A stretch of DNA of 64,000 nucleotides from a virus (Duplodnaviria > Caudoviricetes): the IMG/VR virus record IMGVR_UViG_2713897221_000004, positions 1 through 64,000 of that record. One strand, written 5' to 3'. Of this stretch, positions 47,003 to 55,042 are shown piece by piece. Under the pieces are notes generated by a model. That model was not told the origin of the DNA, did not search any database, and saw only the letters and a program-made list of their open reading frames with translations. How positions within the stretch are numbered: position 1 is the first letter of the stretch; the number at the start of each line of letters is the position of its first letter. The translations under genes were made by a program, and so were the position numbers.

Positions 47003-47019
47003 TTCATTCCTTCAATTTC

Positions 47020-47371
47020 CCTGACAGCCGGAAAGACGGCCCGATCACCTCGAAAGAGGCTGCATCGGAGTGTGAACTTGGACCTGATGAACTCCTGTCG
47101 GCTCACAGAACGAGCGAAGCAGGTTAGACAGAGTGGCGATGAGCTCCCGTTCAATGTCGTCAAGTTCACACCCCGATGCGGATGAATGCCCAAGCTGATG
47201 GGCAAGTGTAAGACCTGAGGGATCGCGGGAATCGTGGCCGGTAGAGTGAGTAAGCGCCCAGATGGCCACGGCGAGTCCAAGAATAAGCGGCTGAAACCTT
47301 CGCCCCGGTGAAACTCCGGTGTCACTAAGGCCGCTAATAGTCATGCCGGGATCAGCTCCGGTCATCTGCAT
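47020..47371 (+). ncRNA. Putative structured RNA region
   Basis: 19-bp inverted repeat 47062-47080/47161-47179, 11-bp stem 47175-47185/47361-47371 and several inner hairpins; no convincing ORF. Confidence 0.5.
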
Positions 47372-47393
47372 CAACACCCAACCGGAGAACACT

Positions 47394-47537
47394 ATGCTCC
47401 TGATCATCCTGATCGGCGCAGCGCTGAGTCATGTGCGGCCAGAACCGCCTACCTCTGCCAGCCTGCCGACCGATCCACCAGCCAAGATTCGCGAAAAGCC
47501 TCGACTGACAACCGGGGTCGCAGCGTTCTGGCGCTGA
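47394..47537 (+). CDS. Hypothetical 47-aa protein
   Basis: GGAG RBS then MLLIILIGAALSH. Confidence 0.5.
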   Translation: MLLIILIGAALSHVRPEPPTSASLPTDPPAKIREKPRLTTGVAAFWR

Positions 47538-47738
47538 CTGATCCCGCCAAAAACAACAAACTCATAGAGCTACACCATCAAGCTGCATCTGTAGCTGTAC
47601 CGAAAGCCCCGAACGTCCAACGGGGCTTTCGTCTCTCCACCGAACCCAACAGAAAGCACTCCCTCCGCGCCCAACGGCAAAAGGCGGTGTGCGAGTGCTT
47701 TCGATTGGATTTGAACCATCACCCGACAAGGAATCCTC

Positions 47739-48305
47739 ATGAAAACTTTTACCCCCGAACAACTCTCCGAAATCCTCGGTAAACACAAGTTGTGGCTGGA
47801 CGATGGAGAGGGTGGCGAGCGCGCCGACCTGCGCGGTGCCAACCTGGGCGATGCCGACCTGCGCGGTGCCAACCTGCGCGGTGCCAACCTGCGCGGTGCC
47901 AACCTGGGCGATGCCAACCTGGGCGATGCCGACCTGCGCGGTGCCAACCTGCGCGGTGCCAACCTGCGCGGTGCCAACCTGGGCGATGCCGACCTGCGCG
48001 GTGCCTACCTGGGCGAAGTCAGAAACCTGAATGGCGCTACCGGCAACCGCAGGGAGATCAAGGCTATTCAATGCGACCTCTGGCCGGTCACGTACACCGC
48101 GGAACGCATGCAGATCGGTTGCCAGTTCCACGCGCTGGCCGAATGGTGGGCATTCACCGATGAGGAAATCGCCGACATGGATAGCCAAGCGCTGGCTTGG
48201 TGGAAGGTCTGGAAGCCGCTCCTGCAACAGATCATCGAGACGTCGCCGGCAGAGCCAGGCGGCGAGCCGAAACAAGAACCTGCCGAGCCCGAAAATGCCG
48301 CATAA
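47739..48305 (+). CDS. Pentapeptide repeat protein
   Basis: Tandem A(D/N)L(R/G)(G/D) repeats encoded by 15-nt units at ~47823-48015. Confidence 0.9.
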   Translation: MKTFTPEQLSEILGKHKLWLDDGEGGERADLRGANLGDADLRGANLRGANLRGANLGDANLGDADLRGANLRGANLRGANLGDADLRGAYLGEVRNLNGATGNRREIKAIQCDLWPVTYTAERMQIGCQFHALAEWWAFTDEEIADMDSQALAWWKVWKPLLQQIIETSPAEPGGEPKQEPAEPENAA

Positions 48306-48312
48306 GCGTCAT

Positions 48313-48376
48313 GCGAGCGAGTCGTGGGGCCTGATCAGCCAGACCTGACGCTTGCCGGGAAGCGCCGGCCGCTCGC
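48313..48376 (+). ncRNA. Structured RNA motif, copy A
   Basis: GCGAGCG/CGCTCGC closing stem around CCAGACC..GCCGGGAAGCGCCGGC; paralogous to 53679-53747. Confidence 0.55.
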
Positions 48377-48396
48377 GCCTTTCATTGGAGATCGTC

Positions 48397-48510
48397 ATGA
48401 AACGCAAGCCATCAAAACCCCGCCTCAACGTCCACGACTGCGCCAAAGGCCGTATGCATGACGCACCGCGGAAAGTCGTTACCACTATGCCGGGCGGGTA
48501 TATCGCCTGA
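48397..48510 (+). CDS. Hypothetical 37-aa protein
   Basis: GGAG RBS then MKRKPSKPRLNVHDCAKG. Confidence 0.5.
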   Translation: MKRKPSKPRLNVHDCAKGRMHDAPRKVVTTMPGGYIA

Positions 48511-48534
48511 CCTGCACCGCCGATGGAGGCGACC

Positions 48535-48822
48535 ATGGACTACGAAGTGATTGTTGAAGGGTTCGTCCTCCAGGTGGAGGTGACCCATTGCGTGAACATT
48601 CCGCCAAGCCCGGGCAGCTGGAACAGCGACTGGGATGCCCAGGGCGAGCGCGAGCTGGAGTTCAAGCTGAACTCTGCCATCTGCTACGACGATGATGGCA
48701 TCCGCATGGATGTTGGTCTTTCGGCCTTACCAGTGCTGGCGTACCAGTACGTCCGCCAGATCGAAACAGCGCTGTGGATTGAGATCGACGCCAAGCGGCG
48801 CCGGGGGCGGTGGGCAGCATGA
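48535..48822 (+). CDS. Hypothetical protein
   Basis: GGAGG RBS then MDYEVIVEG. Confidence 0.7.
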   Translation: MDYEVIVEGFVLQVEVTHCVNIPPSPGSWNSDWDAQGERELEFKLNSAICYDDDGIRMDVGLSALPVLAYQYVRQIETALWIEIDAKRRRGRWAA

Positions 48823-49037
48823 CGCCGCATGAAATCGCAGTTCACCGTATCGAAACGGAAATCAAGCAGATCCCAACCTCGCTACTGCCAATCAATGCAG
48901 CTGAGCGGGCATGTATGGCCGCCTTCCTTTCCGAGGAGCTATCGGCCATCACCACGAAAGAGCGCGATGAGTTCTTGAAGCTGATTCGCGCCGCTGAAAT
49001 GGTCCGTTATCTGGAGCTGCTCAAGGGGGCCGCATGA
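48819..49037 (+). CDS. Hypothetical protein
   Basis: ATGA-coupled to the upstream gene. Confidence 0.65.
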   Translation: MTPHEIAVHRIETEIKQIPTSLLPINAAERACMAAFLSEELSAITTKERDEFLKLIRAAEMVRYLELLKGAA

Positions 49038-49427
49038 ATACCATGACCTTAGCTTTCACCCACAAGTCCTGGCTAGGCGCTCTGTCGCTGGCCTACGACG
49101 CCGGCATCGAAAATGTCCACGCCTGGAGCCGCCGGGCCTGTCTGTGTGGTGAGTGGACTGTCGCTTATGAGGTGAAGGCATGACCCTACGCGAGTTCATC
49201 AATGTTGCCGCCTGGCTTCTGTTCTGCGGCGCCGGGATCTGGGGGTTTTCTCAGGCCATCGAGCATCGCTCTGAAATTCCACAGATTCCGCATTGCACTG
49301 GGGTGGTTAAGTGAGATCTCTCCAGCAGGCTAGGAGGCTCGCCTACTGGCGTGGCTCTGCAATCACCCTCCTCCTCTGCACCTTCTTGATGTTGCTCGGC
49401 GCCCTCGCCGATCGCGTCACTCAGTAA
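49034..49427 (+). CDS. Three coupled small ORFs (49034-49183, 49180-49314, 49311-49427)
   Basis: Overlapping start/stop codons; the last two have hydrophobic segments. Confidence 0.5.
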
Positions 49428-49471
49428 TCAACTCCTTCAAGCGCTGCGCACGTCGCGGCCAAGGATTCCCC

Positions 49472-50575
49472 GTGTCCGCACAACAGCAAGTCATCAAGAT
49501 CGACGACATTAGCGAAGAAAACGCACCGGCCATCTATGTCGCCGGCGGCCTTGGCCAGTTCTTCGACGCGGTAGCCGCTGAGGTCACCGCCGAGGTTCCA
49601 GACCTGACCACTCGCAAAGGCCGCGAGCGCATCGCCTCTCTGGCGGCAAAGGTCAGCAAGTCGAAGACGGCCGTTGAAAAGCCGGGTCGCGACTACCTCA
49701 AGCGCCTGAAGGAAATGCCCAAGGTAGTGGAGGCCGAGCTGCGCGAGTTCGTCAACAAGATGGACGCCCTTCGCGATGCCACCCGCCAGCCTCTGACGGA
49801 CTGGGAGCAAAAAGAACTGGCCAGGACCGACAAGCACATCGACGGCATCCAGAGCATCAAGGACATGGCCAGCTTCGACGAGCCACCGACAGCCGCCCAT
49901 GTCGCCCAGGTCATCGCCGACCTGGAACTGCTGGCTCTCGACGACTCCTGGGAGGAGTTCTTGCCCGAGGCGGCCCAAGCCAAGAATCAAGCGCTGATCA
50001 CGCTGCGCGGCCTGCACGCCGAGCGAGCCCGGCATGAGGCAGAGCAGGCTGAGTTGGCGCGCCTCCGCGAGGAGAAGGAAATGCGCGACAAGAAAGATCG
50101 TGAGGACCAGATCGCTCGGGAAGCCGCTGAGCGCGCTACGCAAGAAGCAGAAGAAAAGGCCCAGCGCGCTCGAGATGCAGAAGCTCAGCGCGTTCGCGAT
50201 GAGCAGGAGGCTGCCGAGAAGCGCGAGAGCGACCTTAAGCTTCAGACGGCAGAAGCTGAGCGCCGCGCTGAACAGGCAAAGCGCGAGCAGGTTGAGGCCG
50301 AACAGAGGGCTGAGCGCGAGCGACTGGAAGGCATCGAACGGCAAGCCGCTGCGGTGGAGCAGGCGCGACTGGATGAGGTCAAGCGCCAGAACGACGCCGC
50401 CGCCGAGATCCTGCGCCAGCAGGAAGCCCGCGAGGCCGATACGGCACACAGAGCCAAGATCAACCGCGCCGCCCTGGCAGCCTTCGTGGCTGGCGGCATG
50501 ACCGAGGAATGCGCCAAGCAGGCAATCACGCTGATCGCCAAGCGCCAGATCCCGAACGTTTCGATTGCCTATTGA
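49472..50575 (+). CDS. Coiled-coil early protein
   Basis: E/A/R-rich helical protein preceding the recombination genes. Confidence 0.8.
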   Translation: MSAQQQVIKIDDISEENAPAIYVAGGLGQFFDAVAAEVTAEVPDLTTRKGRERIASLAAKVSKSKTAVEKPGRDYLKRLKEMPKVVEAELREFVNKMDALRDATRQPLTDWEQKELARTDKHIDGIQSIKDMASFDEPPTAAHVAQVIADLELLALDDSWEEFLPEAAQAKNQALITLRGLHAERARHEAEQAELARLREEKEMRDKKDREDQIAREAAERATQEAEEKAQRARDAEAQRVRDEQEAAEKRESDLKLQTAEAERRAEQAKREQVEAEQRAERERLEGIERQAAAVEQARLDEVKRQNDAAAEILRQQEAREADTAHRAKINRAALAAFVAGGMTEECAKQAITLIAKRQIPNVSIAY

Positions 50576-50582
50576 GGTCGCC

Positions 50583-51392
50583 ATGAGCAATACAGCACTT
50601 GCCGAGAAATCTGACGCTCGGCAGATCGCCTCCCCGGCGATCACCAGCGAGTCAACCGCAATGCTGACCATGATTCAGCGTGCCGCCACTGACCCCGCCT
50701 TCGACGCGGACAAGATGCAGAAGATGATGGAGATGTACGAACGGCACACCGATCGTACTGCTGCAGCAGCATTCAACGCGGCGATGGTTAGAGCTCAGGC
50801 CGAGATCGGCCCCGTATTCCGCGACAAGTTCAACGCACAGACGAACAGCGCTTATGCCGCGCTTGAATCGATTGACCGGAAAATATCGCCGGTCTACACG
50901 GCTTACGGCTTCTCACTGTCATTCGGCACTGGAGACAGTCCGCTGGCCGGCCACATCCGCACGGTATGCGACTGCATGCATGAGGCTGGCCACACGAAGC
51001 AGTACCACGTCGATCTTCCGATTGACTCGGCCGGCATCAAGGGCAGCGTGAACAAGACAGGCGTTCACGCCAGCGGCTCGACATACAGCTACGCCCGGCG
51101 CTATCTGACGATGATGATCTTCAATGTCGTCCTGACCAATGAGGATAACGACGGGAATGGAGATCAAACACAGGGTCTTGGCGAGCTCCTAAACGAGTGG
51201 ATACCAAAGGCCTACGCCGCCGAGTCGAAAGAGGCTCTGACGGCTATCTGGCAAGCAGGCGTCCAGGCCTCCCAGGACCTGAAAGCTACCGACAAAAAAA
51301 CGGCAACCGACCTCTATGAAGCATTGAAGGTTGCGGTCACCACTCGCGGGCAGCAGCTTAGCGCCCCCGCTCAAGAAGGAGCCGACCAATGA
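50583..51392 (+). CDS. ERF-family ssDNA annealing protein
   Basis: YAALESI and GSTYSYARRY motifs. Confidence 0.88.
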   Translation: MSNTALAEKSDARQIASPAITSESTAMLTMIQRAATDPAFDADKMQKMMEMYERHTDRTAAAAFNAAMVRAQAEIGPVFRDKFNAQTNSAYAALESIDRKISPVYTAYGFSLSFGTGDSPLAGHIRTVCDCMHEAGHTKQYHVDLPIDSAGIKGSVNKTGVHASGSTYSYARRYLTMMIFNVVLTNEDNDGNGDQTQGLGELLNEWIPKAYAAESKEALTAIWQAGVQASQDLKATDKKTATDLYEALKVAVTTRGQQLSAPAQEGADQ

Positions 51393-52033
51393 TCATCGTT
51401 CACTGCTCTCAAGGATCAGACGCCTGGCATCAGGAAAGAGCCGGCGTCATCACAGCAAGCATGTTCAGCGACGCCCGCGCCCGGCTGAAGTCAGGCCCCA
51501 ACAAGGGCGAGCCGACCGCCAAGGCCTTGGACTATGCCTTCCGTCTGGCCGTTGAGCGTATCAGCGGCTCCCCGCTGGATGGTGGATTCGAAACCTGGCA
51601 GATGAAGCGTGGCCACGAACTGGAGCCCGAGGCCCGCATGGAGCACGAAATCCAGACAGGGCTGATCGTCACTCAGGTTGGATTGGTTAAAACCGATGAT
51701 GGCGTGTTCGGCGCCAGTGCCGACGGCTTCATTGGCGAGGATGGCGGGTCTGAGTACAAATGCTTCTTGGCGCCGGAAAAGCTGCGATCCTTCCACATCG
51801 ACAATGACGCCAGCGACATCATGGACCAAGTGCAAGGCTGTATGTGGATCACCGGCCGCAAGTGGTGGCATATCGGGATGTACTGCCCAGACCTTAAGCC
51901 AGTCGGCCGCCAGCTCTGGTGGCAGGAGTTTAAGCGCGACGAGGACTACATCGAAAAGCTCGAGGAAGACCTGTGGCAGTTCAAGCTGCTGGTCGATCAG
52001 TACGAGGCCAAGCTGAGGAGTAAGGCAGCATGA
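51389..52033 (+). CDS. YqaJ/lambda-exonuclease family protein
   Basis: QGS..W...R.G.ITAS, GHELEP, ASADG, EYKC and QVQG motifs. Confidence 0.92.
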   Translation: MIIVHCSQGSDAWHQERAGVITASMFSDARARLKSGPNKGEPTAKALDYAFRLAVERISGSPLDGGFETWQMKRGHELEPEARMEHEIQTGLIVTQVGLVKTDDGVFGASADGFIGEDGGSEYKCFLAPEKLRSFHIDNDASDIMDQVQGCMWITGRKWWHIGMYCPDLKPVGRQLWWQEFKRDEDYIEKLEEDLWQFKLLVDQYEAKLRSKAA

Positions 52034-52272
52034 TCAGCAACCACCTCAACCTGGTGGAGCGGCAGCGGCAAAGCGCCGAGGAGATATCGGCACAAGTCGC
52101 CCAGTTCCTGGCGGCCGGCGGCCAGATCGCCCAACTGAAAAGCCCACCGCGAAATCCCTTGCCGCCTCCCCGCTCAACCCGAATAGACCCTGAAACGGTC
52201 CTCAAGCGAAAGCCACGGCCGCTGACCCTGGCCGAGCGCCGCGCCCTTCGAAAAATGGCGGACTCACTATGA
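52030..52272 (+). CDS. Hypothetical protein
   Basis: AQFLAAGGQI motif; coupled. Confidence 0.7.
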   Translation: MISNHLNLVERQRQSAEEISAQVAQFLAAGGQIAQLKSPPRNPLPPPRSTRIDPETVLKRKPRPLTLAERRALRKMADSL

Positions 52273-52739
52273 GCAAGCGCAAGCCTCACAACCTCAAGGC
52301 CAGGATCGAACGATCCTGCCGGGCCCTGCTCAGCACCAACCACGTCGCAGTGGTGAACATCGACCCGAGCGGTCGCCAGGGCATGATCAATTACAAGTCG
52401 CTGAAGAACATCGCGCCGGGGAAGATCGGCCAGGCCGTCTGCGGCATTCCACACCGGTGGACGATCTACCTCAGCGCTCTATGTATCGATGCCCGCGGCG
52501 ACCGCTACAGCAAGTCGATTGAGGTGGCTCCGGAAGGCGTCTACCTCTCCGACCACCTGGAGGACGTGATCGAGCATTGCTACAAGGAGCTGCGCGAATC
52601 AGCCAATCAAAGCCAGATGCTGGCCTCGGGATGGATCGCCATTCCCGAGGCGATGTCGCTCGACGAGGATCATGCAGCGCGGATCTTCGAAGCGGTCGGG
52701 GCCTGGCATCAGGTAAAGGTCGATTCATGCGCCGCATAG
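52269..52739 (+). CDS. Hypothetical protein
   Basis: 156-aa coupled ORF. Confidence 0.7.
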   Translation: MSKRKPHNLKARIERSCRALLSTNHVAVVNIDPSGRQGMINYKSLKNIAPGKIGQAVCGIPHRWTIYLSALCIDARGDRYSKSIEVAPEGVYLSDHLEDVIEHCYKELRESANQSQMLASGWIAIPEAMSLDEDHAARIFEAVGAWHQVKVDSCAA

Positions 52740-52808
52740 CCCGCACCCAACAACGTAAACGACAGACCTGGCTGGCACTGCCGGCCAGCGGAATCGAAGA
52801 GGTAGGCC

Positions 52809-53120
52809 ATGGCCAAGAGCAATGCGGAACGCTCAGCAAAGACCGCGGCGAAGCGAAAGAGCCGCGGCGAAGAGGAATTGCGACTCCATACACTGGCCGG
52901 AACCCGCCAGGCCCTGGCCGACCTGATGGACTGGAACGGTATTGAGGAGCAGGGCGAGGCCATGACTCTGATGATTCACCATCTGCACGGCCTGGGCCCT
53001 GCTGGATCAGCTCAGTTCCTTTCAGCTCCGCGACACGAAATCACGATAAGCGAAAACGTGTCGCGCAAATTGCAACTCGCCTACAACCGCGAATCCCTTC
53101 GCATCTGTCACGACGAATAA
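52809..53120 (+). CDS. Hypothetical protein (possible DNA-binding)
   Basis: MAKSNAERSAK...EELRL. Confidence 0.7.
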   Translation: MAKSNAERSAKTAAKRKSRGEEELRLHTLAGTRQALADLMDWNGIEEQGEAMTLMIHHLHGLGPAGSAQFLSAPRHEITISENVSRKLQLAYNRESLRICHDE

Positions 53121-53178
53121 CCCCTACCCCACGCTGCGCATCCGGTCCCGGAGGGCGGCGCACACCTGGAGAAACACC

Positions 53179-53655
53179 ATGACCCAAGTTGCACAGCAAT
53201 TCATCGCCGCCGCGGATCTCCCAGAACGCGGCCAACCTCTCGCCGGCGGCACCTTCTTCACCCGCTACTGGCTCAACGGCGAGGAGCGCGCCCTTGTACT
53301 GCTCGGCGACGAACTCAGCGGCGAGTGGGGCGAATATGGCCTCGACGTTCCTGGCGCCAAGAGCTACAGCGACGGCGAGGCAAACACCCGGGCGATGGCC
53401 GAGGCCGGCAGCAAGATCGCTATCAAGGCCCTGGAACTGGGTGCGCATATCCCTTCCTGCCTGGAGGGCCAGCTGGTTATGGCGGCCAAGGCCGATGGTC
53501 TGGTGACGCTACGCGAGGATCGCTTCCACTGGCTGAGCACGCAGTACTCAGCCCACTGCGCCTACGGCATGGGCTTCGGAGGTGGCTGGCTCGGCTACGG
53601 CGGCAAGGACGACGAGCGCGTGGTGCGCCCTGTCCGCAGCCTTCCAATTCGGTAA
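53179..53655 (+). CDS. DGR target protein 2
   Basis: C-terminal VR; HWLSTQ...VRPVR. Confidence 0.92.
   Translation: MTQVAQQFIAAADLPERGQPLAGGTFFTRYWLNGEERALVLLGDELSGEWGEYGLDVPGAKSYSDGEANTRAMAEAGSKIAIKALELGAHIPSCLEGQLVMAAKADGLVTLREDRFHWLSTQYSAHCAYGMGFGGGWLGYGGKDDERVVRPVRSLPIR
53540..53640 (+). repeat. DGR variable repeat VR2
   Basis: 101 nt with 17 mismatches to the TR, all at TR adenines. Confidence 0.97.
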
Positions 53656-53678
53656 TTCATTCCTTCATTCCTTTTCTT

Positions 53679-53747
53679 GCAGGCGATTCCGGGAGCGTCA
53701 GGACGACGCCCAGACCAGAAGCAAGCCGGGAAGCGCCGGCCGCCTGC
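53679..53747 (+). ncRNA. Structured RNA motif, copy B
   Basis: GCAGGCG/CGCCTGC closing stem with the same internal core as 48313-48376. Confidence 0.55.
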
Positions 53748-53774
53748 ACCCTATTTCGCTCACAGGAGCATCCC

Positions 53775-54362
53775 ATGCAAATGATCACCGTAAGTCACGG
53801 CGAGACCATGCTGACCACTCCGGACGCTGCCCTTGCACTGCAGGTGCTGACCGGGCTGAGCGCTTCCGCAAAGCCGGCCGCGGCACCATCTGGCATCCCA
53901 GCAATCGGCGAATACTGGCCGGGTGAAGGCGGCGTCAACGGCGGCCTGTTCCAGGGCGGCGACCGCCCCTATTACCTGATCGTACCGACGGGCGAAGATG
54001 TCGAAGCCGACCTTGAGTGGGGCGGCTACGGCCAAGAACTCGACGGCGCCAAATCCCCATGGGATGGCCAGGCCAACACCGCTTATCTGGCAAGCAGCAA
54101 CCGAGAGCACGACCACCCTGCCGCCCAGTTCTGCGCCAACTTCGAACGTGATGGACACAAGGACTTCTACCTCATGGCCAGGCGTGAGGCGACCCATCTC
54201 GAAATCACAGTGCCGCACCTGTTCAGCAAGCCTTGGCACTGGACCAGTACGCAGTGCTCAGCCTACGGCGCCTACGACATGGACTTCGAAGATGGCTGGC
54301 TCGACGACGGCGGCAAGGGCAACGAGCGCGTGGTGCGCCCTGTCCGCAGAAAGCTTATTTGA
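53775..54362 (+). CDS. DGR target protein 3 (DUF1566/CLec-like)
   Basis: AGGAG RBS then MQMITVSHG; PAIGEYWPGEGG, GHKDFYL and HWTSTQ...VRPVRR motifs. Confidence 0.92.
   Translation: MQMITVSHGETMLTTPDAALALQVLTGLSASAKPAAAPSGIPAIGEYWPGEGGVNGGLFQGGDRPYYLIVPTGEDVEADLEWGGYGQELDGAKSPWDGQANTAYLASSNREHDHPAAQFCANFERDGHKDFYLMARREATHLEITVPHLFSKPWHWTSTQCSAYGAYDMDFEDGWLDDGGKGNERVVRPVRRKLI
54250..54350 (+). repeat. DGR variable repeat VR3
   Basis: 101 nt with 12 mismatches to the TR, all at TR adenines. Confidence 0.97.
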
Positions 54363-54382
54363 TCCTTCAATGCTTCATTCCT

Positions 54383-54398
54383 GGGCGCCTCGGCGCCC
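54383..54398 (+). promoter_or_regulatory. GC hairpin downstream of VR3 (possible homing cruciform)
   Basis: GGGCGC-CTCG-GCGCCC. Confidence 0.55.
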
Positions 54399-54417
54399 TC
54401 GCTTTTAGGAGGCCAGG

Positions 54418-54771
54418 ATGGCCCTGCATACACAGTTAGAGATCCATAAGGTGGCCGAAGAGTTGTTCGGCATGGCACTCAGCTTGGTTCGCCATATTCC
54501 GCGCGACCTGAAACAGGTTGCCGGCGGCAAGATTCGGGATGTGTGTCTTGAGGTTCTGGTGCTGATCGGTAGAGCGAATATGGCTCGAGACAAGCGCCCG
54601 TATCTCACCGAGGTCATCGAAAACATCTGGATGCTCAACTACCTGTTCAGGGCGTTATCCGAAAACGGCGCCATCAGCCGCGGCCAACATGCCAAAGCGA
54701 TGAAGCTCACGGCCTCCGTAGGCCGACAGGCGAACGCCTGGAAGAAATCCGCAACCGCGCCCGCTGCTTGA
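54418..54771 (+). CDS. avd: Accessory variability determinant (four-helix bundle)
   Basis: 117 aa, basic and helical, IPRD.K...G and VGRQANAWKK motifs; sits between target and TR. Confidence 0.9.
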   Translation: MALHTQLEIHKVAEELFGMALSLVRHIPRDLKQVAGGKIRDVCLEVLVLIGRANMARDKRPYLTEVIENIWMLNYLFRALSENGAISRGQHAKAMKLTASVGRQANAWKKSATAPAA

Positions 54772-54941
54772 GGGTTACGGCTCTCCTGCCTGTGCGCTGA
54801 ATCTGGTCGTGCCGCTGGCCCTTGGGCCACCGCCATGCGCATCAGAGATACCGCCGATCTAAAGCGTTCGGGCTGGTCTCGCGCAGTTTCTCTGCTGATC
54901 GGCATCGCCTTCGGCAGAGCGACGTAGATAGCACGACAGGT

Positions 54942-55042
54942 CGCAGTACTCAGCCAACAACGCCTACAACATGGACTTCGAAGATGGCTGGCTCAACAAC
55001 AACGACAAGAACAACGAGCGCGTGGTGCGCCCTGTCCGCAGA
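54942..55042 (+). ncRNA. DGR template repeat (TR)
   Basis: 31 adenines including 8 AAC codons in the target frame; parent of VR1-VR3. Confidence 0.97.

Noticed and set aside
47081-47160. Hammerhead ribozyme (CTGATGA at ~47084)
   Set aside because: No GAAA core follows the candidate stem II.
53325-53774. 345-aa ORF-track version of target 3
   Set aside because: The extension overlaps target 2 out of frame; the ATG at 53775 has a clear AGGAG RBS.
46890-55042. The four 101-nt repeats as a CRISPR array or simple duplications
   Set aside because: They are not regularly spaced, there are no cas genes, and the mismatches are strictly adenine-specific.
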